Below are positions 24,775 through 37,297 of a stretch of DNA of 64,000 nucleotides, one piece after another; position 1 is the stretch's first letter, and every line of letters begins with the position of its first letter. The stretch is from Rhynchobatus australiae (lineage: Eukaryota): assembly GCA_034780895.1 (NCBI GenBank), contig JAUZTB010000065.1, forward strand, positions 13,215,951 to 13,279,950, read 5' to 3'. The translations under genes were made by a program, and so were the position numbers. The notes beneath the pieces were generated by a model that saw only the letters and a list, made by a program, of their open reading frames with translations, did no database searches and was not told the DNA's origin.

Positions 24775-25340
24775 TTCAGCCCAGCTTTAATACTACAAGA
24801 CGTTGGTAAGGCCACATTTAGAGTATTGCATAGTTCTGGTCATCCTGCTACAGAAAGGATGTCATTAAACTGGGAAAGGGTACAAAAAAGATTTAGGAAG
24901 ATTCCAATTACCAGGACTGGAGGGTTTGAGTTACAAGGAGAGGCTGAATAGGCGAGGACTTTTTTTCCCTGGAGTGTAGGAGGTTGAGGGGTGAGCTAGA
25001 GATTTATAAAATCATGAGAGGAATAGATAAGGTGAATAACCACAGTCTTTTCCCCAGGATAGGGTAGTCTAAATTTGGAGGTCAAAGAATTAAAATGAGA
25101 AGGGAAAGATTTAAAAGGGATCTGAGGGGCAACTTTTTCACACACAGAATGGTGAGTATATGGAACGGGCTGCCGAAGAAAGTGGTAGAGGTAGGTACAT
25201 TTGGACAGTTGTATGGATAGGAAAGGTTTAGAGAGATATGGGCCAAACGCAGGCAAATGGGACTAGCTCAGTTAGGTGACTTCGTCAGATGGACGAGTTG
25301 GGCCAAAGGGCTTGTTTCTGTGGTGTATAGCTCTATGACT
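24775..25340 (+). mobile_element. CR1 LINE 3' fragment
   Basis: ERVQKRF remnant; CR1 3'UTR ending TTGGGCCAAAGGG..CTCTATGACT. Confidence 0.9.
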
Positions 25341-25779
25341 ACTCTTCTCCACTAACCACTCCCAAACTGTAATCAACCTGGAATAATCTGTGAACTGCCC
25401 TACTACAGGTGGGGTGGGTGGGGGGTGGTGGAATAACAAGTTGCCTTCAGGAAGTCCTGAAGCATTTTAGAATCAATTTAGTACTTTTGAAGTACAGTCA
25501 GATGACCATTTGAGGAATGTCCACATAATCCAGGTTGGGGTGTTGGTTGGGGCCTCAGTGTTAGCCAATGGTACTCCATGCTTCACTTCCAATTATACCA
25601 TGGAATCCTGAGAAGATGGCCTTGGTTTAACACTAACTGAAAGAAGGCAATTCCAACTCAACAGCATCCCCTATATGACTGACTGCAGACTATCCATGTA
25701 TAATGGTCTCAAGAGGGAATTGAACGTTACAACAGTGCAAGTGCTCCCCACTTATCTGAGTCTACAAGAGCCTTTCTAG

Positions 25780-26200
25780 AATTGTACAGAAACTGGCCCT
25801 TCAGCTCACCATATTCATGCCAACCTTTTTGTCAGCCTACACTAATCGTATTTGTATTAGCTATTCAGGTTGGAGAAACTTGGATTGTTTTCTCTGGAGC
25901 ATCACAGGCTGGGGGTGAGCTGATAGAACTGTATAAGATTAAGAAAGGTGTAGATAGGGTAGATGGTTAGAATCTTTTCCCATGGTGGAAAAGTCAAATA
26001 CACAGTGGTAGGTGCCTGTAATGCACTGCCCAGGGAGGTGATAGAAGCAGATACAATAGCAACATTTAAGAGGCATTTAGACAGGCACATGAACAGGTGG
26101 AGGAATACAGACCATGTGCAGGCAAATAGGATTAGTAAGATTGGAATCATGGTCAGTACAGACACAGTGGGCTGAAGGGCCTGTTCCTGTGCTGTTTTAT
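25780..26200. mobile_element. Back-to-back CR1 3' fragments (- tail, then + fragment)
   Basis: NALPREVIEADTIATFKRHLDRHM remnant; tails in opposite orientation. Confidence 0.8.
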
Positions 26201-26332
26201 TTGCCCCCATTTTCCTCCTTTCTTTCCTTCTCCCCCTCTTGCACATCAAATCAGATTGCTTAAAGCACTGTTAGTAATACAATGTGAAAACATGAATGAA
26301 TCCTGAGTAATTTTCCTTGCTCTTCTCAACAG

Positions 26333-26421
26333 CGGTTTAATGTTGCACTGACCAGAGCCAAGGCCCTGCTGATAGTGATTGGAAACCCTGTAATCCTTAC
26401 CAAGGACCCAAACTGGAACAA
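26333..26421 (+). CDS. MOV10: MOV10 exon, motif VI ([29 protein letters not shown])
   Basis: cag| and |gtaggt; NVALTRAK motif. Confidence 0.97.
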
Positions 26422-26579
26422 GTAGGTGAAGTCTCCTCCCCCATTAAAATGTAGCTGATTCTGGTAGTAATGCCTACTGCCTATTGTTCTTGTGACTTTC
26501 TAAAATCTGGTCCCAGGTGGGGCTGGTGGTGTTGCTGGGGTCTCCCAACCCTCCAGATTATACAGGAATCTCAAGGAAA

Positions 26580-26655
26580 TTTATCTCTGGCATTTCCACA
26601 GTGTTCTGGAAACTCATCTTCATTTCTAGAACACTGTTGAAATGCCAGAGATAAA
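26580..26655. repeat. Near-perfect inverted repeat: 33-bp stem, 10-nt loop
   Basis: TTTATCTCTGGCATTTCCACAGTGTTCTGGAAA / TTTCTAGAACACTGTTGAAATGCCAGAGATAAA, 31 of 33 pairs Watson-Crick. Confidence 0.95.
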
Positions 26656-27226
26656 ACCCCATGAGCTGGGGTGTGAGAGTTGTTTAGATTTTTAAGTGCA
26701 TTCATTTACTAATTGTAAAAGTTTACCAAGTATGGAAAACTTTTTTCAGCACATTGACGTTGTGTCTTTCAGCCTGGGGTCAAACAGTCAGAAGCAAGAG
26801 AACATGTTTCTGTCTAGCCTGAAATCTAGTTTATGGAGTGGGATGGTCAAGTTCATTCCTGCTTCAATTACCTGGTTCCATCGGGGGCAGTGAGAATGAC
26901 TGTTTTCCTTTGGATCAAACACTGAAACACCCTGTATGTTGTTGTCTGTGTTCATTGTCTGCATTTGGGGAAAGACTAGGAATAGAAGGCAGGAATGATC
27001 AGAGCCATCAATTTACCCTCCCGACCCGAGCCAGAGGTCGTAACCTTTTGATACCTGATGTCAGCCAGCCAGGCTGTAGCTGGAGTCACATGCACAAGTA
27101 GTCAGATGGTCTTGGGGGAATAGAGGGACAGGGTTGAGGAGAGATCTGAACAGGATTTTGGGAGTGCATTACAAAGGAGCTGTACAAAGGTTACTTGCCA
27201 CTGATTCTACTCCTTTTCATTGTCAG

Positions 27227-27345
27227 GTTTCTGGATCACTGCAAGGTCAATCAAGGTTACACTGGCTACAGAGATGAAGATGATGATATTGAAAATGACC
27301 TCATTGATCACCTTGATCAGCTCAACCTTGGCACAGAATCAACAG
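27227..27345 (+). CDS. MOV10: MOV10 penultimate exon (FLDHCKVNQGYTGYRDEDDDIENDLIDHLDQLNLGTEST)
   Basis: cag| and |gtgatg; FLxxCKxNxGYTG as in MOV10. Confidence 0.9.
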
Positions 27346-28220
27346 GTGATGACCCAAGCTACTTTGAAGTAGCTACATTTTAAATGAAATCTGCTGTCCA
27401 ACCACAAACAACTGCATGGCAGGAACATTGAACTTTTCTGTTCCCGGTAACCCACATCCCGTGTTTCTTTCCCACTCTCACCAGTCCACCCAGATTCTCC
27501 CTCCCACTGTTCACCTTTTCCATCCATCTACCACCTGGTTCCAACTGCCCACTTATCCACCTGGGTTTCTTATCCTTTGGGTCATCTTTCCCTGCCTGGT
27601 TCCATCTCTCCCATTTCTTTACCTCCAAGATGCTGCTTCATCTGCTGACTTCTTCCAGCAGTTGTCTCTAGATTCCAACCTCCAAACAACCTTCCCCGCT
27701 GCACCATTTTTGCTGTATAATACACATAGAATCTCCTTTAAATGGAACATGGCCCTTGAGAAATGCAGTGTTTGCCTTTAAGTTTTTTTGGTACTTCTGA
27801 TACCTGGTTATGGTGCTTAAGGATATAATTAAGTTTCAGAGGCTGAATTAAATTATTTTGCTTAATAATGGGTAGAGCACAGGTCTTGAGAGTTTAGAAA
27901 TAAGTCTGAACATTTAAAAAGATTTTCCACTGAGTAGTAAATGGGAAGTAAACACCTATTCTTTGAAGTTTGAAGGGAAAAATTGAAGTATTAAAATCAA
28001 AGTTCATGTTTGTAACTGAAGAAATAACTGCAGAATCAATATAATGTGCAGGTCAGAAATAGACATCAGCTTGGAAGGAGGATTGGAGGAGCTAGTAGTT
28101 CATTCTGATTGGATTTTCCTGTATGAAACACTATCTACTGTTCAAAGTACTGAGGGGATAAAAACCATTGAACTGGTGGAATATTGTGCAATGAACTGAT
28201 TATTTGTTTTGACTTGTCAG

Positions 28221-28285
28221 GAGATCCTGATGATATCAGCGTTATCCAACAACAGCTAGAGCCAGAATGGAGAAGTGAAGTTTAA
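28221..28285 (+). CDS. MOV10: MOV10 terminal coding exon (GDPDDISVIQQQLEPEWRSEV*)
   Basis: cag| acceptor in phase; EPEWRxE C-terminal signature; TAA at 28283-28285. Confidence 0.93.
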
Positions 28286-29461
28286 TTGTCACTGGACAAG
28301 ATGTGAATATTATCTTGATACGTGGATGTCAAAATTTAAGAAAATGCTGCATTCAGGAAATCTTTATACAAATATTTAAAACAGAAACTGATCTCAATTG
28401 AATCCGAATCAAGAGTAATTTAATACATTTCAGAAGTGTAATTTTAATAGCTTTCTACTAATGAGAAATTTTGCAGTTTTATGTCATTGCTTCAGTTCTT
28501 CTCAGAATATTTTTCTATGGCTGCATGAGTACAGATTTGCATTGTATGTAATTCAAGTTTGTCTTGTGTAAATCTATTGTAAATTATTTGGGCAGTTTGA
28601 CACAGACCAATTAGTTCGTTCAGGCAGGAGGTTACAGGGCCTAGCAATCAGGGTGGGAGTGCATCAACCAGTGATCCTTATTGCTATTTGAGACTCATCA
28701 CAGTAAATACAGACTTTAGAAAAGGGTAGGATTGGAGTTAACTATGAGGACTTAGTCAGACTAAGAAGCTGGCTGCTCTATTGAGATACTGGACCTTTGC
28801 TAGTATTTTATTGGTGGACTAACTAATGCAGAGACTTAAACCATAAAATTTACCTATACCCTTAATTAAATTACCTGTACATTGTGTTTAAGAAGATCCT
28901 TTATGCCAGACTTGCATACAAATGTATTTTCATTACATATTTTCAGAAACTCTTGCTCCAATTATATATAGGTCAATGAAGACTTGTATAACATCCATAC
29001 CTGTGTACTTTATTTCGGTTTAACTGGTCATTGGCAAAATGAGTGGGAGACTTAATTATTTTAACTTTGGTTTAAGTTTGCTTCATTTAATTGGCTTTTC
29101 TCCCAAGTAGTCAACCTCAAAGGGGGAAGATAATACAAAACAACAAACAAGATAGCATTTAAAAATCTCATTTTTGAGATTTACACAAAATGGTTGAATG
29201 AGTCTTAGCAATACAGTGGATACATGCATAGCAAGAGCCTATAATGATGGTTAATGTGTTGGTTGCAGCACTTGGTATTTCAAAGTAGTTCTAAATGCCT
29301 TGTTATTGGAATTCATTTTAAACATCACCTTCCTTAAGGTACTTTTAGTTACTAGTCTTTAATACATGATAATCCAGTGTTAAAATTGGTTGGCATTTAT
29401 ACTGGAATAGTTGATGCCTTGCTTGTAAATTCATACACAAATGGCCTGTACCTCTAATTCC

Positions 29462-29467
29462 AATAAA
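29462..29467 (+). terminator. Candidate MOV10 polyadenylation signal AATAAA (3'UTR about 1.2 kb)
   Basis: AATAAA at the end of an AT-rich stretch without recognisable repeats following the stop codon. Confidence 0.55.
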
Positions 29468-30609
29468 TGCAATGCTAAATGTCAGTTGCATGTCCTAGTC
29501 TCCACTGTTAACTGATTTCTGCTGCACAAAGAACCATAGAATTGGTGGGAATGAATGACAGACAGGTGGTTGACAGGACAAGCATTCAGCAATATTGGAA
29601 CTCCAGCACCAGCTTGATATCAGAAAGGATCCAACACCTAAGGAACATTTAATCCAGTTAAAGGTTGGAGAGGAATAGGAATAGCTGTTGGATTGAGTTG
29701 GTTGTGTATTGCATACAGCTACCTTACACTAGTGTATTATTGAGTTATTCACACTGACTATGTGGATGGGAAAGGAAAACTTCNNNNNNNNNNNNNNNNN
29801 NNNNNNNNNNNNNNNNNNNNNNNNNTATGTGGATGGGAAAGGAAAACTTCTCTAGCCAACCACTTAAAACAAAATGCTGGAAAAAACAGTACATCAGGTA
29901 GCATCTGTGGAAAAATAAGTAACATTTCAGATTCCTCCAAAAACCAGAAATCTAGGAGAAAAATTCACATTGCTGAGAAAGCCAGGCAGCTTGTTTTTTC
30001 ACCTGCACAGTGCAATGCAGTCAATGATAGTGGAAGTGAGTAGTAACAGCAGTAGGAAAAACCCAACTTACACTGACAGGAAACAAGATCATGACTGATT
30101 TTGCACCACTTCCCCATAGTGTGTACAGGAGAAAGGTTCCTGCCTCTGCTACTTGAGTTTATGCAACTGTCTGCACCCATCTGACCCAACATCTGAAAAT
30201 ATCACCAGGGTCCAGAGAAAGCAAGTGTTGAGCAGTTAACCACATTTAAAGCTAAAAGGCAAAATGTCAGAAGTGGATGTTTGGGAAAGCATTGGTATTG
30301 CATAGGATGATAGCAAGTCATTTGCCATCCACTTTGTACATGGCCAGGGTAAAGGTAAACCCCTCTAGCCAACCACTAAAAACAAGTGAAAACAAAATGC
30401 TGGAAAAAAAATTCAGTACACCAGGCAGCATCTGTGGAGAAAATAAAGTAACATTGATTCCTCCCATGAATGCAAGTTTTAAATCAGGGGGGCTGGTAGA
30501 ACAAAAGGGAATCTGATAGGACAAGATTAGGCTAATGTTGTTGAGGTAACAGCCATTTACAGATCTGTCTGAATGAGGAAGCAAGAGTGGAGGGAGACTG
30601 ATGTGACTC

Positions 30610-31745
30610 TAAGGGCTACAAGGACAAGTCAGAAGTACAGGCCAGGGAGCCTAACAGTGGTGGGAAAGTTACTGGAAGGGATTCTGAGGCACAGGATTTC
30701 AGAAAGGACCTATTATGAATAGTCAGCATGGCTTTGTGTATGGGAATTAGTCTCATGAATTTGATTTGAGTTTTGAAGATGTAACCAGGAGAATTAATGA
30801 GGGAGGGTGGTAGACAGTCTATATGGACTTGAGCAATGGTTTAAACAAGGTCCCACAAGGTCTGGAAGGTTAGGTCACATGATCTGAGGTTGTTTTTCTA
30901 GATTCCTGTGATTCTTGGCATGCTACAGGGATCAGTGCTGGGTACATTGCTGTCTGTCATCTATATTAATGATTTGAATGAGAATGTAGGTGGCACGGTT
31001 GGTGATTTTGTTGGTGACACCAAAATCAGTGGTATGGCAAAGAAGGTCATTTAAGATTACAACAGAAGCTAGATCAAATGGGAAAATAGTCCAAGGAACA
31101 GCAGATGGAATTTAGCTCTGACAAGGGCAAAAGTTGCATTTTGGAAAGTTAAACTAGGGCAGCTAGTTTAACCTAGAGTGTTATAGAACAGAGACCTAGG
31201 GAGGAAACAAGTACATAAAACAGGGTGGTGAAAGCAACATTTGGCATACTTCAGTTAGCATTGAGTACAAGAGTTGAAACATCATGTTACAGCTGCCAAG
31301 TCATTGGTGACCTGTACTTGGTGTATGTGTGCAGTTCTGGTCATTTAACTGGATGTCAAAGCTGGAAAGGGTGCAAATAGATTCATAAGGATGTTACCAG
31401 GCCTGCAGGGGTAGAACTGTTTTTCCCTGGAGTGTAGGAGGCTGATGGGTGACCTTAGTTCTACAAAATCATGAGCAGCATACACAAGGTGAATGGTCAG
31501 ACTTGAGATAGGAGTCTAAAACTAGGACAGAGGGGAAAGATTTAAGGGGTGGGTATATAGAATGAACTAGCAGCAGAGGGGGTAAAGGTGGGTACAATTA
31601 CAACATTTGAGACATTTAGACAGGTGTATGAACAGGAAATTTGAGGGATATGGGCCACACAGAAGCAAAATGGAATGAGCTCAGAAAGGCACCTTGGTTG
31701 GCACGGACAAGTTGGGCCAAAGGACCAGTTTCTGTGCTGCATAAC
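30610..31745 (+). mobile_element. CR1 LINE, RT to 3' end, with many small deletions
   Basis: SQHGF, YMD..KV, QGSVLG..YINDL motifs; CR1 3' tail. Confidence 0.9.
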
Positions 31746-31889
31746 AAGCATTCTGCAGGTGTTCAGCGTAGTTCTCAGATGTCCAGCATTGTTTTTCCAA
31801 TTTTTAAAACTTTAAAACTAGCTAAATCACACAACACATTGGGGTTAAATACAGCATTCTACCAAATCATAAGTGGGTTATGTTACTTT

Positions 31890-32180
31890 CAATGAAACTG
31901 GGCCATTCAGCCCATCAAGTCTATGTTGACAATTAGGCACCATTTACACTAATCTCATTTTATTTTTGCTTTTGCCATCATGTCCCTCCACATTCTATCC
32001 TGCACAGTAAGAGCAATTCACTATTGCAAATTAATTTACTAATTACATGCTTTAGGATATGGAGGAATCCTACAAGGTAATAGGATAAACATTGCAAACT
32101 CCAGTCTATACTGGAGGTCAGGATTGAACTCTGATCACTGGAAGTACAAGGCAACTGCTACCAACTGTGCTATGGTCCTG
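31890..32180 (-). mobile_element. V-SINE-like element (second copy about 36420-36660)
   Basis: CR1-type tail plus TGCAAACTCCA..AGGATTGAAC tRNA-head remnant in reverse orientation. Confidence 0.55.
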
Positions 32181-32999
32181 GTATAGGACTTGTGCTTTAT
32201 CTATTCAGCAGGGTCCAGTGACAGTTTTGAAGTGTGGCCAAAATAGATGGTTTATTGCAAGTGCAGCCATTTCCCCAATCTACCCTATGCTTCATCAGGC
32301 TGAGATGAAGCATTCTAGCTGAAGCCAAGATGAACCTCCTTCTGTCTTAACTGCAGAAAGTAAAACTAAGTTAAAAATACCTTAATCTTGAGTTGAGAAA
32401 CTGGCATTTAATCCAAGTAACTCAAATATGCAGAAATCATACAGATGGCTTAAATTATGGACAGGCCAAAATGAAATGAAGACTAATTGTACAAGTGAAA
32501 TTTTCCATGAAGGTCAGAAACTAAAGGACATAACTGGAACCAGCACCCAAGGAGGAAGTTTGTTAGCTGTAACAAGATACTTTACCTTAGTAAAAGTGGA
32601 AAGATTTGAGAGAAGGATGGAAGAGGCAAGTGCAATTAATAGACTGCTTGTTGACATACACTAAGACATGGAACATTTGTTCCTGGGTTTTGCTTATCCC
32701 AGAGTGAACAACATTAGGAAATTCTGATGTTCCATTGTCACCTATAATTAGAATTCAAATTAAGAGCCAAACCCTTAGTTTGGTTGAAATATAACACCCA
32801 TCTCTACCCACAAAAACAAATATCCCATTCATTTCCGCAACACAGCAGCCAAATGAGATAGCTTGTTTGCATGTGTACCATATTATGAATTCACAGGTGT
32901 ACCCATCAACTTGCACAGACTACATTTGTTCAACTCCCTTCCAAAATGGCCACTGACCACTAGCCTATTCCCCTTTGCCAAGTTAAAAACAGTCACATT

Positions 33000-34095
33000 T
33001 ATACAACAGAAATAGGCCCTTTGGCCCACTGCATCTATGACAGCCATCATCCCCATCTCCACTAATCCCACTTGCTTGCATTATGATAGAGAAATGGAGA
33101 GCTGTGGGAGGGAAGGGTTATAGATAGAGCAAGATAAAATGTCAGCACGACATTGTGGGCTGAATGGCCTGTACTGTGCTGTAGTGTTCTGCAATTCCAT
33201 ATCCCTATGCCCTGCTCATTCATGTACTGTCTAGATACCCCTTAAATGTCATGTTCCTGCTTTCATCACTCGCTTTGGCAGCTCATTCCAGATACCAACT
33301 ACTTAAAAAAATTCATCCCTTGGATCCTCTTTAAACCTCCTCCCTCACCTTAAACCCAAGAGTTCTAGTTTTAGGCACCCCTACCACAGGGAACAGACAC
33401 TGGTTACCTACCCTATGCCTCAATCTTGTACACTTCTTGGCTTCCTTTGCTCCACAGAAAACAGATCCAGCCCATCTAATCTCACAACTCAGGCCCCCCT
33501 AATCCAAGCAACATCTGAAATATTCTGCACCCTCTCTGGTTTAATCACATCTTCCTTGCAGTGTGCAACCAGAACTGCACAATATTCCATGTGCAGCCCA
33601 AGGTTTTGTCTGTCTAACAAATTCTTTGTACTCAGTGGTTTAGCCAATGAAAGCATGCTATACACTTTCACCACCATCTGTTGCCACTTTTAGGGAACTG
33701 TCTACTTGTACCCCAAGTCTGTTCAGCAAAACCCAGGGCCCTGTCATTCATCATGCATATCCAACCATGGTTTAACTTTCCAAAAAAAATCACTTCACAT
33801 TTGTCAAAGTTAAATTCCATTTGCTATTACTTTTGTCTAGGATTGCAACAGGGTATTGATCAATTAAGTGGGCAACTTTCACTGTCCACCAAACTGCCAA
33901 TTTTGGTGGTATGCCACCTACATTCTCATCCAAATCATTAATTAATATACTACTGGCTCCAGGCCTCCAATCTGAAAAACAACCCTCCACTACCACCCTG
34001 CACCTCTGACCACTAAACCAATGTTACATCCAATTGGCTCTCATCCTGGATCCTATGTTTCAACTTTTTGGACCAGCCTAGCATGTGGGACCTAA
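33000..34095 (-). mobile_element. CR1 LINE fragment with a nested + strand CR1 tail (about 33085-33190)
   Basis: VVEGCFSDWR, INDLDENVGG, HMEYC..KEDVIKPERVQ remnants. Confidence 0.85.
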
Positions 34096-34099
34096 TGAA

Positions 34100-34520
34100 A
34101 ACAAGGGAATGCAGATACTGGAATCTGGAGCACAATCTGCTGTAGGAACTCAGCAAATCAAGCAGCATCTGTGGAAGGAAAGGAATGAGAGTTTGGGCCA
34201 AAACCCCACATCAGGACTGAGTGGGGATTTTGGCTGTTTGTACAAGATGGCATCTGAAGTGAGGAATTGCAGAGTGAATCCTTGCATCCTTTGGTGCAAA
34301 ATGGCACCCAGCATAAACAGAGGGGGAATGGTGAGAAATGAGTTAAGGTGATTGGTGGACAGGAAGGGTGTAAGATGACACCAGTCCTCAGTCCACCAAT
34401 CTCAGACTCCTTTCTTACCACTCCTTTATTACTGGCCATCTTACCTCAGTCCAATGGTTTTGGCCCAAAACATTGATCTTTCCTCCTCAGATGTTGCTCC
34501 ACCCAAGTTCCTCTAGCGGA
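34100..34520. mobile_element. Inverted pair of Penelope-derived terminal repeats
   Basis: GCAGATACTGGAATCTGGAGC..GCAGCATCTGTGG..TCAGGACTGA on the left; reverse partner at 34445-34520. Confidence 0.65.
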
Positions 34521-35379
34521 GGGTCAACATGGATTTTAGCAAGCAATGTCTACTATTCAAACTCAAATTCAAGACAATTTCCCCATGCACAAAGCCATGG
34601 TGACAATTCCTTGCCTTTCCAAATAAAAATGAAGTCTCAATCTCTTCCAATAACTTTCCCACCACCAATGCAAAGCTCAGTGTAGTTCCCTGGTTTATCG
34701 CTGCTGCATATTAGCTCTTCCCCAGTCTTCTGGTACCTCCCATAATTAAAGATATAAAAATCTCTACCAGGATCCCAACCTCATTCCTCACTTCCCCTAA
34801 CATTCTGGGATAGGCCTTGCTTAGGCCCCAGGGATTTATCCACCTTCATGCATCAAGACCTCTAACACTCCCTCTAATCTTTTAGATGCTCTGGAGCATC
34901 ATTACTTCCATCCCACCTCAGACTCACTAAGTTCCACATCCTCCTCCACAGTAAATTTAGACAAGTATTCATTCGAGACCTCATCCATTTCACATAGCTC
35001 CACACAGATTACCCCAGTGATCAAGGGGATTGACTCGCTCCCTTAACCCTTATGTGAAACTGAAATGCACACAATTAACCAGACCATAAAGTAACTAGGT
35101 TGTGACTGAACTTTAGAAAGCCATTTTGCACCAAATGATGCAAGGATTCACTCTGCAATTCCTCACTTCAGATGCCATCTTGTACAAACAGCCAAATTAA
35201 ACAATCTTAGATTGGAAGATTCAGATAACCAGCCTCCTTGACAATGCCCCCATTTCACAACACTGTGGACTTGACACTTACCACAAGCCAAAATTGCATA
35301 GTGGGCAACTTTGTCAAGCACCTCCACCTAGTTCAGATGGTTGAGTTTCTAGTTGTCTTGTTCTTTCATTGAACAATTC

Positions 35380-36180
35380 CACTTATTCTCTAGCTCAAAA
35401 GCATGGCTATGGGAATATGCAAGGTCCAAGCTATTTCCATCTCAGAGGACAAGTCTTCCTTTTGTCCTAGTCAGGTCCCCCACCTTAAGTACTTGGCAAC
35501 AATTGATGCAGCTTCCTGCACTGAACTTGAGTTACTTCTGCTGCCAATTTCCATACTGCCCTTCTGGAATTTGTCAAAGGATTATCTCTTAAGCAGCATC
35601 CATTGCAAGTTCAGATACCGAAATCTTGACTACACTTCCTCCCAACTTGCTCTTTGCAAGAACTGGTACCTTCTGCTTTTTCCATCAGATGAGCCTCATC
35701 ACACCAGTGCTCCCAAGGGGGGTCTCCACTGTGGCTCCCCCATTATCACAAACAAGATGCAATTTAGGCCCTGACCAGTTGTTTCCTATCTCTACCCTTG
35801 GACCTACCGAAACTATGTATTCTATCAATCCTCATTTTCCACACCAAATTCAAATAGATTGTTTTGCTATTTGGTACCTTGAGATTTCACTAGAAATCTT
35901 TCCCCTCTTAGCATTCCAACTTTGGGTCCACCCTTCCATCTTCATCTTTCCACAGCCTTTTCCCATGCAACAGCAGATGCAATATCCTCTTTCCATTGTT
36001 AAATGGAACACAAGTCCTTTTACATGCACATCTGCAATTACTCATACTGTGGTCCCCACCACATTGCAAAGTAGTCACCTGATTTTCTCCGGAGTACTTG
36101 CTTTCAATCTGCATGTGCAACCAAACTTCCATTTTGTTAGTAATTTTTCATCCTACTAACATGTGGTCTCCTGCACAGCT
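35380..36180 (+). mobile_element. Old Penelope-like RT/GIY-YIG remnant
   Basis: AMG motif and LDYTSSQLALCK (compare LDYTSSHPxSCK). Confidence 0.6.
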
Positions 36181-37291
36181 CCAACAAGTCTCAAGGTTTA
36201 GGAGTAGCACCCCTCTGTTGTAGGCTGGAAGACAATACAGAATTCAACTTGATTAAATAAAGATTCAAACTGGCCAGTTTTACAAGGTTACCACCTGCAA
36301 TATTAACTCAGTTTTTCTCCAAGGACATTGCCCAATCTGCTGGGCATTTCCAGAATTCTCAAATCTCTTCCACACCACCCCCAACCACACACATTAGTCC
36401 TGCATTTCAAGGCTTTTACATCAGAGGCAGACATACAGCACAGAAACAGACCCTTCAGCTCACCAACTATGCCAACCATCAACCACTGCCTACATAAAAT
36501 TCAATTCTCCTCTGCATACATGGCAATTTAGTGGCCAACTGACCCATCAACCCACACTTTTGGAATGAGAAAATCCATGCAGTCATGGCGAATTTGTAAA
36601 CTCCACACAAGGAATCTGGGTTTATAGTGCTGCTACAGCAGCACTACTAGTTGCAGTCCTTTAATGAAGGCAGCTAGGGAAATAACCAAATGGCTTTGTA
36701 AATGGAATCCTGTAACAAGCAAGCCTGGCCTCACCCTATCCATCTCACCCACCTTTCAACTTTTCTTCCCAGTTCTGATAGTCTTCTACCCAGACATTAA
36801 CCTCTTTCCACTGTTGCAGCCTGGCCTGTTAAGCATTTCCAGACTTTTTCCATTTAGAATCTCCTACTATAGGATTGTAGAGTTGTAAAGATACACAAGC
36901 TAGTGGGAAGCTATTGGTCCCAAATTGTTACAGAACAGTACAGCACAATACAGGGTCCTTCAGCCCACTATGTTGTGCTGACCTTTAAACCTCACCCAAG
37001 ACTATCTAACTCCTTCCTCCTACATATCCCTCAAAATAAAATCTCTTGCATTCAAAAAGATGACTGCAGACCATTTTCAAAAGATGGTTAATTCAACCCC
37101 ATTGGTAACAGGTTTTACCAGTTAGAGCAGATATGGGACAAATGACAGCTGTAAACAAATCATGCTACATCTGTTAGGTTTACTGTAACTTTCCATTTCA
37201 AATTCCAAGTACTTTCATGTGAAATCTTGAACAAAATGAAAACTTTTACTGCAATTTCAATTACAGGCACAGTTTAAAGTGTTCCATTGAA

Positions 37292-37297
37292 TTTATT
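37292..37297 (-). terminator. Candidate RHOC polyadenylation signal AATAAA (3'UTR about 1 kb)
   Basis: tttatt on + strand near the end of the non-repetitive region downstream of the stop codon. Confidence 0.5.

Noticed and set aside
1265-28285. Assignment as MOV10L1, UPF1 or HELZ
   Set aside because: The EPEWR C-terminus, the VEKIR..DREL segment and RHOC adjacency fit MOV10.
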